Below are positions 8,948 to 19,359 of a DNA stretch of 64,000 nt, in pieces. This stretch comes from Ignisphaera sp. (GTDB lineage: Archaea > Thermoproteota > Thermoprotei_A > Sulfolobales > Ignisphaeraceae): positions 1 through 64,000 of the forward strand of contig JAWAHS010000001.1 of the NCBI GenBank assembly GCA_038889075.1. The letters are read 5' to 3'. The notes beneath the pieces are model-generated. The model searched no databases and had not been told where the DNA came from. It was given only the letters and a program-made list of their open reading frames with translations. How positions within the stretch are numbered: position 1 is the stretch's first letter; the number at the start of each line of letters is the position of its first letter. The translations under genes and the position numbers were made by a program.

Positions 8948-10435
8948 ATGACATATAAGAGAATGGGGATAATCTGTTATGGGAACGTAAACAGTAATGA
9001 CGAGTGCACCATCCTAATATTCAAAACTGTTTATAAATTTGCTATACCTCATCGTATACTGTACTATATTGTAATGTGTTGTAAAATGGTAAAAGGAATG
9101 TCAGATAGTGATATAAACCTACATATGCTCAGAATGTTGTTAGTATTTATGATAGCTTTAAACTTGTTCGACATTCCATTATTCCAAGGGCAGCAAAATA
9201 CTGTGATCTATTTAACGAATAATTCAATTACATGGATATATACAGATTCCATAAACATGTCGCGAAACATTAACAGATTAGCAATTCTAATGAACCCAAC
9301 AAATGGAGAGGTGCAGTACTTTCTAAACTTTAATTCTTCAATAAAAACACCGGTGAATATTAGTATAAGATCGTCGATCGATATAATTGGTAGTGAAAGA
9401 ATATATTATCAGTTTGACAACATTCTATTTTTTAGTAATCGTACATATGGGATTAATAGGATAAACGAGAGTATAGAAGGTAATATTAACATTGATTTAA
9501 AGGAGATAGCAATTCAGTGGCATAAACATGAAATAAAAATACCTTCAGAAGCTGTAAGTAATACTACGTATGCGATTCTATCATTGAGAGAGGAACTAAG
9601 TAAATTAACACTAAGTCTAGGTAAGAATTATATCAGGAAAATAGAGGGTTTCTATGTAGTAGAACAATTAAAGAACACGTATAGGGAATCTTTCTATTTT
9701 TATGATATTTACATTAACAAAACACAGTATCTTAATACGCTATTCAATGCAGATAATAGTTTATGTAAAGTCATTAATGAATTACCTATGAAGGCAAGTA
9801 TTGATTTAGTTATAAATTTATCTATGGCAGAGTCCTATGCTAAACTCAATATCCAAGGGATTGAGATAGAAGACCCTGTAAAAGCGTACCAGGCAGGTCT
9901 TTGTATTTTGCCATTAATACTAGATATTCAGGATATTTTAAGGAATATAAATTCGAATGATGTGCATTCAAAAGAATTTGTAGGTATAACAACAAGCATC
10001 TTTACAGCGATTAATCGAAATTTTATAATTAATGCATTGAATGCTTATGCCGATGCAACCAATTTCATTGTTAGAAACCACTACAATAATTTAATAAATT
10101 CACAAATAGTTTTCAATTACGAAAATAAACGAGGCTTACTACTATCAATATCTAATATCAATATATATTACTATAATGTTACCCAAATAAGAAAAATATT
10201 AGTAGATCTAACCCAGATAATAATGGAAAAACTGGAGCTACCCCAGTTTAATGTTAGTGAAATTGTTGATGAAAGTCGTGTAGAGATTCAGAGTATACAT
10301 ACCACCTCTACCTATATAAATAATAGAATTGACATATGGAATGTATTGATAATCATCATTATAGCAGTAGCTGTTCAAACATGTATAATAGTGTACATAA
10401 TGATAAAGATTGTATTAGCAAAACATTTTAAATAG
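8948..10435 (+). CDS. Secreted, C-terminally anchored surface protein (probable start ATG 9125)
   Basis: Signal-like MLRMLLVFMIALNLF, many N-x-S/T sequons, Thr/Ser linker, C-terminal TM helix and basic tail. Confidence 0.7.
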   Translation: MTYKRMGIICYGNVNSNDECTILIFKTVYKFAIPHRILYYIVMCCKMVKGMSDSDINLHMLRMLLVFMIALNLFDIPLFQGQQNTVIYLTNNSITWIYTDSINMSRNINRLAILMNPTNGEVQYFLNFNSSIKTPVNISIRSSIDIIGSERIYYQFDNILFFSNRTYGINRINESIEGNINIDLKEIAIQWHKHEIKIPSEAVSNTTYAILSLREELSKLTLSLGKNYIRKIEGFYVVEQLKNTYRESFYFYDIYINKTQYLNTLFNADNSLCKVINELPMKASIDLVINLSMAESYAKLNIQGIEIEDPVKAYQAGLCILPLILDIQDILRNINSNDVHSKEFVGITTSIFTAINRNFIINALNAYADATNFIVRNHYNNLINSQIVFNYENKRGLLLSISNINIYYYNVTQIRKILVDLTQIIMEKLELPQFNVSEIVDESRVEIQSIHTTSTYINNRIDIWNVLIIIIIAVAVQTCIIVYIMIKIVLAKHFK

Positions 10436-10467
10436 TAACTACAGTATGTCACAGCATCAATAGCTAC

Positions 10468-11316
10468 TTAGTATATCCCCATAAGAATTACTGCCTGGTA
10501 TCTAATACCATTAAAAAACACCGTTTTTACATTCCGTTTTATCAATGTTTCATCAACTTTATTCGGGGTTAAATCCATAGGGTTGTACTTTTTAGACCCT
10601 ATGATAAAATTGCATGCATAGCCAAATGATGGAATCCATACTTGGTATTCTAGAATATATGGAAATACCACCTTTACAGCATCTCTTACCTCATTATAAA
10701 CCTCTCTAAAAAAGAAACTAGAACCTGCTTGGGTCACCATCACACCATCATCGGTTAGTATGGAGTGCACCTTTCTATAAAATTGTGCTGTATATAAATC
10801 TCGGGCAATAGGGCTTGAATAGGGATCTGTTAAATCGAGGATTACGACATCGAATTTTTTATCTGTCTCATCTATGTATTTTTTTCCATCTGTTATCAAC
10901 ACATTAGCTTTGGGGTTACTAAAAACGTTTCTATGCATCATAGGCAGGTATTCTTTTGAAAGTTCTACAACATCCTTATCTATATCAACCATCACTGCCT
11001 CCTCTACAGTATTGTGTTTTAATACCTCTCTCAGTGCCGCACCTTCACCGCCACCAATGATAAGAACTTTTCTCGGTGATGGATGTACGATCATGGCAGG
11101 ATGTACCAGAAATTCATGATATATAAATTCATCGGCTTCACTACTCTGTATATAGCCATCTAGGATTAGACACCTGCCGAAGTCTTCAAGATCTGCGATG
11201 ATTATTTCTTGGTAATTCGATTTCTTTACAGCATATATTTGCTTAATTTTAGTAAACATTAGGCTGTTCTTACCTATACCCTGTATGACAACAACGTGTC
11301 CCAGCATACTAAACAC
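10468..11316 (-). CDS. speE: Polyamine aminopropyltransferase (spermidine synthase family)
   Basis: YHEFLVHP, VLIIGGGEG, VDID, DVVILDLTDP. Confidence 0.95.
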   Translation of the reverse strand: MFSMLGHVVVIQGIGKNSLMFTKIKQIYAVKKSNYQEIIIADLEDFGRCLILDGYIQSSEADEFIYHEFLVHPAMIVHPSPRKVLIIGGGEGAALREVLKHNTVEEAVMVDIDKDVVELSKEYLPMMHRNVFSNPKANVLITDGKKYIDETDKKFDVVILDLTDPYSSPIARDLYTAQFYRKVHSILTDDGVMVTQAGSSFFFREVYNEVRDAVKVVFPYILEYQVWIPSFGYACNFIIGSKKYNPMDLTPNKVDETLIKRNVKTVFFNGIRYQAVILMGIY

Positions 11317-11393
11317 ACCAGTAACATCTGCAAATTGATAGTTTTCAGAATTTAAATTTATTAACTGATAACGTGAGGATAATAAGTATTAGA

Positions 11394-11442
11394 GTGATGT
11401 GCACGCTAAATTCTGAAATGTGATGAGGGGCCAAAGCACTGA
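11394..11442 (+). ncRNA. Box C/D guide sRNA; D guide complementary to the tRNA-Gln(UUG) anticodon loop
   Basis: GTGATGT-gcacgctaaatt-CTGA-aat-GTGATGA-ggggccaaagca-CTGA; the D guide pairs with GCUUUGGCCCC. Confidence 0.88.
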
Positions 11443-11586
11443 GCTCAACGATACCCTCATTCTATTCTACCGATAGATCAACAGCTTCCATGGAGTACGT
11501 CCATCCGTCTATATCCTATATGGTGTATTTAATGATGGCCCACACTATTTAAAGCACCTTCATCTAGTATATAGAAGTATAGGTGC

Positions 11587-11931
11587 ATGGTAGTGACATT
11601 AGAATTGCTTAATAAGATATTGAGAGGATACATTATATTAAAAAAGAATGATGTAGTAGAGGATGCAACTGAGGATAGAATTAAAAAAATAGAAGATGAC
11701 ATTATATCAATGGCCAACATCTTGACGAATATTATGCTAATAGGTAAGCAAAAGCAAAAGAAATGCCTATTTTTTAGTGGCGATGAAGGTATATGTAGAT
11801 ATTGGAGATTCGACGTAGAGGTTCCTACGTTAAATCTTATTAAAAGAGAGGATGGATACTATGTAAACACCTTACAGCATCCGGAATTCTGTGCTGTATG
11901 TTCATACTGGAGAGAAGGAGTATTAAAATAA
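11587..11931 (+). CDS. Hypothetical protein, coiled segment plus Cys/His metal-binding C-terminus
   Basis: C-x9-C...HPEFCAVC pattern; TATA-like TATTTAAA upstream. Confidence 0.7.
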   Translation: MVVTLELLNKILRGYIILKKNDVVEDATEDRIKKIEDDIISMANILTNIMLIGKQKQKKCLFFSGDEGICRYWRFDVEVPTLNLIKREDGYYVNTLQHPEFCAVCSYWREGVLK

Positions 11932-12067
11932 TGGACGTCCTATTATTGATTACCATGGTAGCTAGATGAAAAGATTTTATTACTAAGAGTAGACAGCTTA
12001 ATATTAAATTAAACTTATTAGCTTAGTACATTGAAGTTCTGTAAAATTTAGAATTAGGTAAAGAAAA

Positions 12068-12745
12068 ATGATGGTTGTTGCACTAGATCCGTCTTCTAAT
12101 ATTAGTAATGTATATAAGTGGATGTTGGATAGAGTTACAGCACTAAGCGATGTTGTCCAAGGATTTAAGGTAGGTTTGCCAGCTATTATAAGACTTGGCA
12201 TAAGTGACATCGGTAGAATTTTTAAAAATTATAGTGGGCTTCTAATCGCTGACTTAAAAATGGCCGATATAGGTGATATCATGGCGTTATCTACAGAGAT
12301 GCTGCATGAGAATGGATTCAATGCAGTTATAGCACATAGTTTCATAGGTTATTCACAGGCGCTCGAAGTACTTTCAGCAAAATGCCTAGAACTAAACATG
12401 AAGTTAATAACCATAGTTTCAATGTCGCATCAAGGTTCTACGGAGTATATCGATAAACATATTGATGAGTTTCTAGATATAGCCCGACGTGTTAGAAGTT
12501 GGGGTGTTATTGCACCCGCAACACGTCCAGAGATACTAAGGTATGTTAGAAAAAATCTTGAGAAGAACATCAAAATACTATCACCGGGTATAGGGGTACA
12601 GGGAATGGAACCTGGGATGGCATTGTGTAACGGTGCTGATTACGAAATTGTTGGAAGGATTATTACCTATTCTCAAAACTTTAGAGAGGCAGCCTTTAAT
12701 GTTATAGAAAGTCAGAAGAAAAAGGTGATTGAATGCCAAAAATAG
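12068..12745 (+). CDS. pyrF: Orotidine-5'-phosphate decarboxylase
   Basis: VALD, FKVG, DLKMADIG, SPGIGVQG, IVGR. Confidence 0.95.
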   Translation: MMVVALDPSSNISNVYKWMLDRVTALSDVVQGFKVGLPAIIRLGISDIGRIFKNYSGLLIADLKMADIGDIMALSTEMLHENGFNAVIAHSFIGYSQALEVLSAKCLELNMKLITIVSMSHQGSTEYIDKHIDEFLDIARRVRSWGVIAPATRPEILRYVRKNLEKNIKILSPGIGVQGMEPGMALCNGADYEIVGRIITYSQNFREAAFNVIESQKKKVIECQK

Positions 12746-13323
12746 CCGCAGAACTCTTTGAAAAGGGCATGATAAAGATAGGAAAGTTTAGGCTGACATC
12801 GGGACTGGAAAGCCCATTTTATATAGACTTGAGAATGCTATATAGTTATCCTGAGCTGGTTAGGATTATAATTGATGAGATCGTGCATAGATATAATATA
12901 TCAAAGTACGACTGTATTGTAGGTATAGCAACTGCGGGGATAGCTCTTGCATCTTTCTTGGCATGCAGACTTAATAAACCAATGTCTTATGTTAGAATTG
13001 AACGAAAAGAGCATGGTACTAGAGGGTTACTCGAGGGTGAGGTATTTAACAAAACATGTATAATAGTAGATGATGTTGCAACAACTGGAGGTTCTATAGA
13101 ACACGCATATAATACCGTAAAAGAGGAAGGGGGGAAGCCTTTAGCAGCGCTAGTTATTGTCGATAGGGAACAAGGAGCCAAGCAAAAAGTCGAGAAACTA
13201 GGATTAGAGTTCTACAGGCTTTACACTGCGCAGGAGCTCTTCAATGAACTTTATGAAAATGGAATAATAAGTTACAATGACCTTAAGAACATTATAGACT
13301 ACTTAAAATCGTTTCAAAAATAA
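12733..13323 (+). CDS. pyrE: Orotate phosphoribosyltransferase
   Basis: F.LTSG.ESPFYIDLR, IVDDVATTGGS. Confidence 0.95.
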   Translation: MPKIAAELFEKGMIKIGKFRLTSGLESPFYIDLRMLYSYPELVRIIIDEIVHRYNISKYDCIVGIATAGIALASFLACRLNKPMSYVRIERKEHGTRGLLEGEVFNKTCIIVDDVATTGGSIEHAYNTVKEEGGKPLAALVIVDREQGAKQKVEKLGLEFYRLYTAQELFNELYENGIISYNDLKNIIDYLKSFQK

Positions 13324-13372
13324 ATATAAATGCTTTTATACTTATTTAATCTAATTCATGCTGTAGGGCTCT

Positions 13373-14305
13373 ATGAAAGAGCGATTTTACCAGAAAGATA
13401 TCATATCGATATTGGAATTTGAACGTAGAGAGCTGGAGTACTTATTTGAAACCTCAGATAGAATTCTTTACTACGTTGATAAAAAGTTGCATCTGCTAGA
13501 TGGTAGAATAATTACCCTAGCTTTCTTTGAGCCTTCTACTAGAACAAGAATTAGCTTTGAAGTGGCTGCTAAAAAACTTGGAGCTGATGTAGTATCTTTT
13601 ACTAGTGAAGAGGCTTTGAGCATATCTAAGGGAGAGAATCTGGCAGATACTATAAGAATGCTCGATAGCTATTCTGATCTTATAGTTATTAGACACAGAC
13701 TTGAAGGAACCGCAAAATATGCTGCTGAGGTTGCAGAAAAGCCTGTAATAAATGCTGGTGATGGAAAACAGCACCATCCTACACAGGCTATGATAGACCT
13801 CTATACAGTGAAAAAATTGTTTGGTACAATTGATGGTTTAACATATGGTGTTTTGGGTGATCTTAGGTATGGTAGAGCAGCTACATCATTTATCTATGGG
13901 CTTTCACTATTTAAACCAAAGAAAATATATCTAATATCACCTGAGGTATTAAGGGCTAGAGAGGAGGTTTTGGAGTTACTTAGAAATAAAGGCATAGTCT
14001 ATGAGGAGAAAAACAATGTTGAGGAAATAATTGACCAGCTCGACATACTCTATGTTACAAGAATTCAAAAGGAGAGGTTTCCAGATCCAATGGAATACGA
14101 GAAGGTCAAAGGATCCTATAGAGTTACATATGAACTGCTTAAGCATGGTAAAAAAGAGCTAAAGGTGTTTCATCCGTTGCCTAAAGTTGATGAAATTGAT
14201 CCCAAAGTAGATACGTCAGGATATGCAGCATATTATATTCAAGCAAAATATGGAATACCTATAAGGATGTCACTACTCATGCTCATATTGGGTGCAGAAC
14301 TTTGA
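13373..14305 (+). CDS. pyrB: Aspartate carbamoyltransferase catalytic subunit
   Basis: [23 protein letters not shown]. Confidence 0.97.
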   Translation: MKERFYQKDIISILEFERRELEYLFETSDRILYYVDKKLHLLDGRIITLAFFEPSTRTRISFEVAAKKLGADVVSFTSEEALSISKGENLADTIRMLDSYSDLIVIRHRLEGTAKYAAEVAEKPVINAGDGKQHHPTQAMIDLYTVKKLFGTIDGLTYGVLGDLRYGRAATSFIYGLSLFKPKKIYLISPEVLRAREEVLELLRNKGIVYEEKNNVEEIIDQLDILYVTRIQKERFPDPMEYEKVKGSYRVTYELLKHGKKELKVFHPLPKVDEIDPKVDTSGYAAYYIQAKYGIPIRMSLLMLILGAEL

Positions 14306-14784
14306 GTGAAGAAAGCACATTAGTAGTTTCAAAAATTAAGAATGGAACGGTAATAGACCATATACCAGCCGGAAGGGCATTAGATATACTATCTGTTTTA
14401 GGTATTAATGGAAAAGAAGGATATAGAATGGCTATATTAATGAATGTTGAGAGTAAGAAACTCGGAAAAAAGGATATAATAAAAATTGAAGGAAGAATGC
14501 TCTCCGTTGAGGAATTAAATATAATTTCGCTAGTCGCTCCTAGGGCTACTATAAATATAATAGAGGATTTTACCATCATCACTAAACACAGAGTTGAAAC
14601 ACCAAACTATATTGAAGGTGTATTGCAGTGTCCAAATCCAACCTGTATAACAAATAAGCGTGCTGAACCTATAAAAACGAGGTTCAAGACAATATCTAAG
14701 GATCCAATAAAACTTCAGTGCGAATATTGTGGAACTATTATAACATGGAATGAGGTAACAAAATTGATAACTAGGAAAAGATGA
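14302..14784 (+). CDS. pyrI: Aspartate carbamoyltransferase regulatory subunit
   Basis: [22 protein letters not shown]...CEYC. Confidence 0.96.
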   Translation: MSEESTLVVSKIKNGTVIDHIPAGRALDILSVLGINGKEGYRMAILMNVESKKLGKKDIIKIEGRMLSVEELNIISLVAPRATINIIEDFTIITKHRVETPNYIEGVLQCPNPTCITNKRAEPIKTRFKTISKDPIKLQCEYCGTIITWNEVTKLITRKR

Positions 14785-15584
14785 AACATATGGTAGGCAG
14801 ATACGGTATCAGACCTGCTAGAGTCACACTAAATATAGAGATTGCTAAAGATACATACTTACTTGAGGTTGAGCCATTTTTACAGATGTATGAGAAGTTA
14901 AACCCATTCAATTTTTTCATGATATGGATACCAAGAATAGATGAGATACCACTGAGTGTTGCAGACTTTAATGGAAAGAGGCTAAGATTTCTGTATAAAG
15001 TTAAAGGTGTCGGAACAGGAGCTCTTACAGAATATCATAAAGATACGATAATAGGTATCAAAGGACCTCTTGGTAAAGGATTCCATATCGAACAAATCTC
15101 AAATACCCGATGGCTTGCCATCGCTGGTGGTATCGGAATAGCACCCATGCCATATTTTATTAAGACTTGGAAAGGCTATGGTATAGATGTAGATCTACTA
15201 TGGGGTGTAAGAACAGCAGACGAAATTTTTAATATCAATGAATTTTTTCAAGATGTTAAAGGAAGTAGGATAATTATAACTACAGAGGACTGCAGATATA
15301 CAGATGGATACTGTGGTACAGTAATGGATATTCTTAAAAATATCAATGTGAAAAATTATGATGGTTTAATTGCCGTTGGTCCAAACAATATGCTTAAAGC
15401 TATTTGCTTAGAATTATTTGAACTAGATCCATATATAGCATTAGAAACGTTAGTAAAGTGTGGTATAGGCATATGTGGTTCATGTTATATTAAAGCGTCG
15501 GATAAACTTCTGTGCATTGACGGTCCTGTATTTAGATGTTCTGAGGTGGTGAACTATATCAGATCCAGTTGCACTAATAGTTAA
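14781..15584 (+). CDS. pyrK: Dihydroorotate dehydrogenase electron-transfer subunit
   Basis: [32 protein letters not shown] [2Fe-2S] motif. Confidence 0.93.
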   Translation: MKHMVGRYGIRPARVTLNIEIAKDTYLLEVEPFLQMYEKLNPFNFFMIWIPRIDEIPLSVADFNGKRLRFLYKVKGVGTGALTEYHKDTIIGIKGPLGKGFHIEQISNTRWLAIAGGIGIAPMPYFIKTWKGYGIDVDLLWGVRTADEIFNINEFFQDVKGSRIIITTEDCRYTDGYCGTVMDILKNINVKNYDGLIAVGPNNMLKAICLELFELDPYIALETLVKCGIGICGSCYIKASDKLLCIDGPVFRCSEVVNYIRSSCTNS

Positions 15585-16836
15585 TGCCCTTATAGATAAA
15601 CGTTCTATAGAGCTTACCCTTATCATAGAAAACGGTATTGTTACTAAAAGCGTTTTAGGCGATCGTAAAGATATATGTAGAGAGAATAGATGTATGGATC
15701 TGAGGCGCTATGGTATAGCCGTACCAGGTTTTATAGATATCCACACCCATCTGAGGGGACTTGAACTAGAGTATAAAGAGGATGAGAAAAGTGGAACTAT
15801 GGCAGCAATAAGAGGAGGATACACAGCAGTCATAGACATGCCGAACACTATACCAAAGATTAACAACATTGATGCCCTTAAACTCAAACTACATAAGCTC
15901 AATTTGAATTCCTATGTGCACTATGGCGTCTACATCTTACCTTCTAGTAACATTAGTGAATTGAATAATATGCTTGAATACGATGGCGTTATTGGTGTTA
16001 AATTGTTTCCAGAAGATTTGGAATTTCTACAAATGGCTTTAAATGTAATAAGGAGAAGAAGTTTCGATAGAATCATCATTATCCATGCCGAACACCCGGC
16101 GGGTATAGATGAATGCGAAGCTGGAAACAGATGGCGATGCCGTCCAATAGAACTAGAGCTGATGTGTTTGAACTATATAGAAAAACACATCAGGAAAGGG
16201 GACAGAATACATGTCACACATATTACGAACCCCCTTACATTCTTTTATGCAAAGAAACTTTCCTTATCTACTGATACATGTCCTCACTATCTATATTTAA
16301 GTAACGTGAGTGAGCAAAGATATGGTTGTTTAGCCAAGGTTAATCCACCACTGAGAACAGAATCTACGAGAAGAATACTACTTAATATGATTAAATATTT
16401 TGATGCTATATCTACGGATCATGCACCACACAGCGTTAATGAAAAATTAGGCTCATTTAAACAATGTCCTTCGGGAATAGCTTCAATAGATATCGCATCA
16501 TCACTTGTAATAAATCTTGTCCATCAAGGTGTACTTGATTTAGATGACGTAGTTAGGCTTTTATCATTAGGACCAGCAAGTATTATTGGTATAGATCAGA
16601 AATGGGGTTGTTTTAGAGAAGGATGTATAGCCAACTATACTATAATTGAACCTTATAGGGAATTTACAGTTAGGTCTCTAGATAGTTTTTCAAAAGCTAA
16701 ATGTTCACCGTACGAGGGTATGAGGGTTAGAGGGACTGTTACAGCTACAATTATTGAGGGGACATTAGTACATCTAAATGGTGAAATTGTTGAAAAACCT
16801 AATCCAAAACCTATAACAAAGTTCTTTGGTAGATGA
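15556..16836 (+). CDS. pyrC: Dihydroorotase (homology extends 5' of ATG 15694, apparently to ATA 15556)
   Basis: PGFIDIHTH, DMPNT, KVNPPLR, TDHAPH. The open frame from 15553 encodes a typical N-terminal beta segment (LIVNA...LIIENG). Confidence 0.92.
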   Translation: MSDPVALIVNALIDKRSIELTLIIENGIVTKSVLGDRKDICRENRCMDLRRYGIAVPGFIDIHTHLRGLELEYKEDEKSGTMAAIRGGYTAVIDMPNTIPKINNIDALKLKLHKLNLNSYVHYGVYILPSSNISELNNMLEYDGVIGVKLFPEDLEFLQMALNVIRRRSFDRIIIIHAEHPAGIDECEAGNRWRCRPIELELMCLNYIEKHIRKGDRIHVTHITNPLTFFYAKKLSLSTDTCPHYLYLSNVSEQRYGCLAKVNPPLRTESTRRILLNMIKYFDAISTDHAPHSVNEKLGSFKQCPSGIASIDIASSLVINLVHQGVLDLDDVVRLLSLGPASIIGIDQKWGCFREGCIANYTIIEPYREFTVRSLDSFSKAKCSPYEGMRVRGTVTATIIEGTLVHLNGEIVEKPNPKPITKFFGR

Positions 16837-17747
16837 ATTTGATTCTAGAGACAGATATTGCTGGAATAAAATTGAAACATCCGTTGATGAATGCTAGTGG
16901 AATCCTTGGATATGCTCGCGAGCACATCTTAAGATTCATCAAATATGGTGTAGCAGCTATAGTAACAAAAACTATTACACCAAGACCTAGGAAAGGCTTC
17001 GATCCGCCTATAATAGTAGAGTTACCCAATGGTGGGCTAATTAACGCAGTAGGTTTAGAGAATCCTGGTAAGGAAATAATACCGGAGCTTGTGGATGAAG
17101 CTAAAAGGCATTCTATACCCATACTTATCAGTATAGGAGGTGTAAATGAACAAGAATTTATAGAGGTAGCGTCGACCGCCAACGACGCAGGAACTGATGC
17201 AATAGAGCTTAATCTTAGCTGTCCACATACAAAGGGCTATGGTATTGAGATTGGGGCGGATCCCCACAATGTATATAATATTGTTAAATCTGTAACCTCT
17301 ACAGTGTCGGTACCCGTCATAGCAAAGCTCGGTCTATCTGATAGAATTATAGAGGCTGCTGGCAAAGCCCTAGAGGCAGGAGCTAGAGCTCTGACGTTAA
17401 TAAATACCATTAAGGCGCTCTATATTGATGTGTATACACTCAAGCCTGTATTAACAAATGTATTTGGTGGTCTATCAGGTCCACCAATCCATCCAATAGC
17501 TGTTAGAGTTGTCTATGAAATCTACAAAGAATTCCAGCCAGAGATAATAGGATGTGGAGGCGTATCAAATTGGATGGATGCTGCTGAATTTATCGTAGCT
17601 GGAGCACGGGCAATACAGATAGGTACAGCACTTCGAATAAATTCAAAGGATGTTATTAATAATATAACAGAAGGTCTGAAGATGTGGTTAGCAATACAAG
17701 GATTCAAGAATATCTATGAAGCTATAGGGGCAAGTGTTAGGGGATGA
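16833..17747 (+). CDS. pyrD: Dihydroorotate dehydrogenase catalytic subunit (type 1)
   Basis: ASG, TKT, NAVGLENPG, ELNLSCP, GGLSG, IIGCGG. Confidence 0.95.
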   Translation: MNLILETDIAGIKLKHPLMNASGILGYAREHILRFIKYGVAAIVTKTITPRPRKGFDPPIIVELPNGGLINAVGLENPGKEIIPELVDEAKRHSIPILISIGGVNEQEFIEVASTANDAGTDAIELNLSCPHTKGYGIEIGADPHNVYNIVKSVTSTVSVPVIAKLGLSDRIIEAAGKALEAGARALTLINTIKALYIDVYTLKPVLTNVFGGLSGPPIHPIAVRVVYEIYKEFQPEIIGCGGVSNWMDAAEFIVAGARAIQIGTALRINSKDVINNITEGLKMWLAIQGFKNIYEAIGASVRG

Positions 17748-18550
17748 ATATGGTAAGTATCGCAGTACTAATATGCAGAGACAGTTATACGCAGGTTTTA
17801 GATATGTTAAAGAATATGATTAGTAACATTGTTATCATTGAGAAGCTTGGCGATCTAGGTAATATTAGTGATACAATGATTGTACTCCTAAGTTTAGGAT
17901 GTTGTATAGAGTATGAAAAGTTAGTTAAATTAGTTAATCTCAATACCGTTTCTAGTGTCATAGAATACTGTCCTATTATTAGAGAAGGCATATTATCTGA
18001 GTTACGCATTCTCGATTCGAATAACTTCGTACTGCTGTATTCGCAACCCATTATTGGAACCATTAGGACTATCATAGGTAGAAGTCAAATATTGCTAGAT
18101 TCTATTAAGACTATTAGAGTAATATTGAACTATAATATTTTAAATGATATCATACGTCTCTATGAAAATGCGCAACTACATGATAATGTACTACGAAGTC
18201 GTAAAACACTCATAGACTATATTAAGAATGCTGGTACGAATTCTGGTATTAAACAGCTAGAAATTCAGCTATCTAGTAATGATGGATTTGTTGAGGTGAT
18301 AGTGGAGGGAATACAATCTGATAGAGAAAAGAAACTTATATATAGAATTACTAGAGGAGATGACATTAACCAGTTCATAGTTGCGGAAATTTATTCCTAC
18401 ATTCAATTAATTATTAACAGAATTGTAGACAACGGTGTTTTAATACCTGAAGATATAGGAAGGGAAGAGGGATTATTTACATATTACATGGGTATGCTGC
18501 TAAACAGTAGGAAAGTAGATATACAAGTAAATATTGAAACCATTAATTAA
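17744..18550 (+). CDS. Hypothetical protein coupled to pyrD; C-terminus resembles the saccharopine dehydrogenase family
   Basis: ATGA overlap with pyrD; C-terminal GVLIPEDIG; no GxGxxG. Confidence 0.55.
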   Translation: MNMVSIAVLICRDSYTQVLDMLKNMISNIVIIEKLGDLGNISDTMIVLLSLGCCIEYEKLVKLVNLNTVSSVIEYCPIIREGILSELRILDSNNFVLLYSQPIIGTIRTIIGRSQILLDSIKTIRVILNYNILNDIIRLYENAQLHDNVLRSRKTLIDYIKNAGTNSGIKQLEIQLSSNDGFVEVIVEGIQSDREKKLIYRITRGDDINQFIVAEIYSYIQLIINRIVDNGVLIPEDIGREEGLFTYYMGMLLNSRKVDIQVNIETIN

Positions 18551-18771
18551 ACTTAACTTGGTTTAAAATACAATAACCTCGTATAGAAAATTGTTTACAA
18601 TTACGACTATCTTAAACAACATATTTACTTTTTTACTTTATAACTACGTTTTACATCTCCTCATCCTAACGTAATATTACTTGGATAACATGGTAAGGGG
18701 GTGCAAAACACAAATATTTATTAATATTTATTCTAGAACCACTGTATTGAATAGTTGTATAGGTTGGAGCA

Positions 18772-19305
18772 TCATATAACTTCTAGAGGAAGTTTAGGTA
18801 GTCTTACACCTCTTTGTCTCTGATATTTACCACTATACGGTCTTTCTATAGGACTAGCAACTTTAGAGAAAACTACATGGAGAAATCGTGTATTGGCTTT
18901 AAGTTTGATTGGAAAGGTAGATCCATGCAACTCAATAGTGATTTGACCTTCAAAACCACCATCGATGATCGTGGGTGGTATGGATAGACCTAATCTAGCA
19001 AAAGTGGATCTGAGCTCTACAAATGCCATGAGTTCAGGGGGCACCTTCACATACTCAGTTGTTGCCAATAGGTATATACCAAGAGGTTTAATCACGACCT
19101 CCTCAAACTTCCAACACCTATAATATCTATTTAGATCAACTTCTTTAAATGGGTCCAGAACTTCGTTAAGTTGAAGTAATTCACAGATTTCATCGCTAAG
19201 TCTAAGATCTAAACCATTTTCACGGATTATTACCTCTTCAAACGGTTCTACAACAAGTCTTCCGCTCCTTATATAGTTTCTTAAGTCAAAGTCGGACAAT
19301 ATCAT
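18772..19305 (-). CDS. dcd: dCTP deaminase
   Basis: MILSD, ENGLDLRL, RSTFARLG, IDGGFEGQITIE, YSGKYQ. Confidence 0.95.
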   Translation of the reverse strand: MILSDFDLRNYIRSGRLVVEPFEEVIIRENGLDLRLSDEICELLQLNEVLDPFKEVDLNRYYRCWKFEEVVIKPLGIYLLATTEYVKVPPELMAFVELRSTFARLGLSIPPTIIDGGFEGQITIELHGSTFPIKLKANTRFLHVVFSKVASPIERPYSGKYQRQRGVRLPKLPLEVI

Positions 19306-19359
19306 ATTTCATACCAGCTACTCTACCTATTATTATAAAATACAAACTTTAAAATCCCT

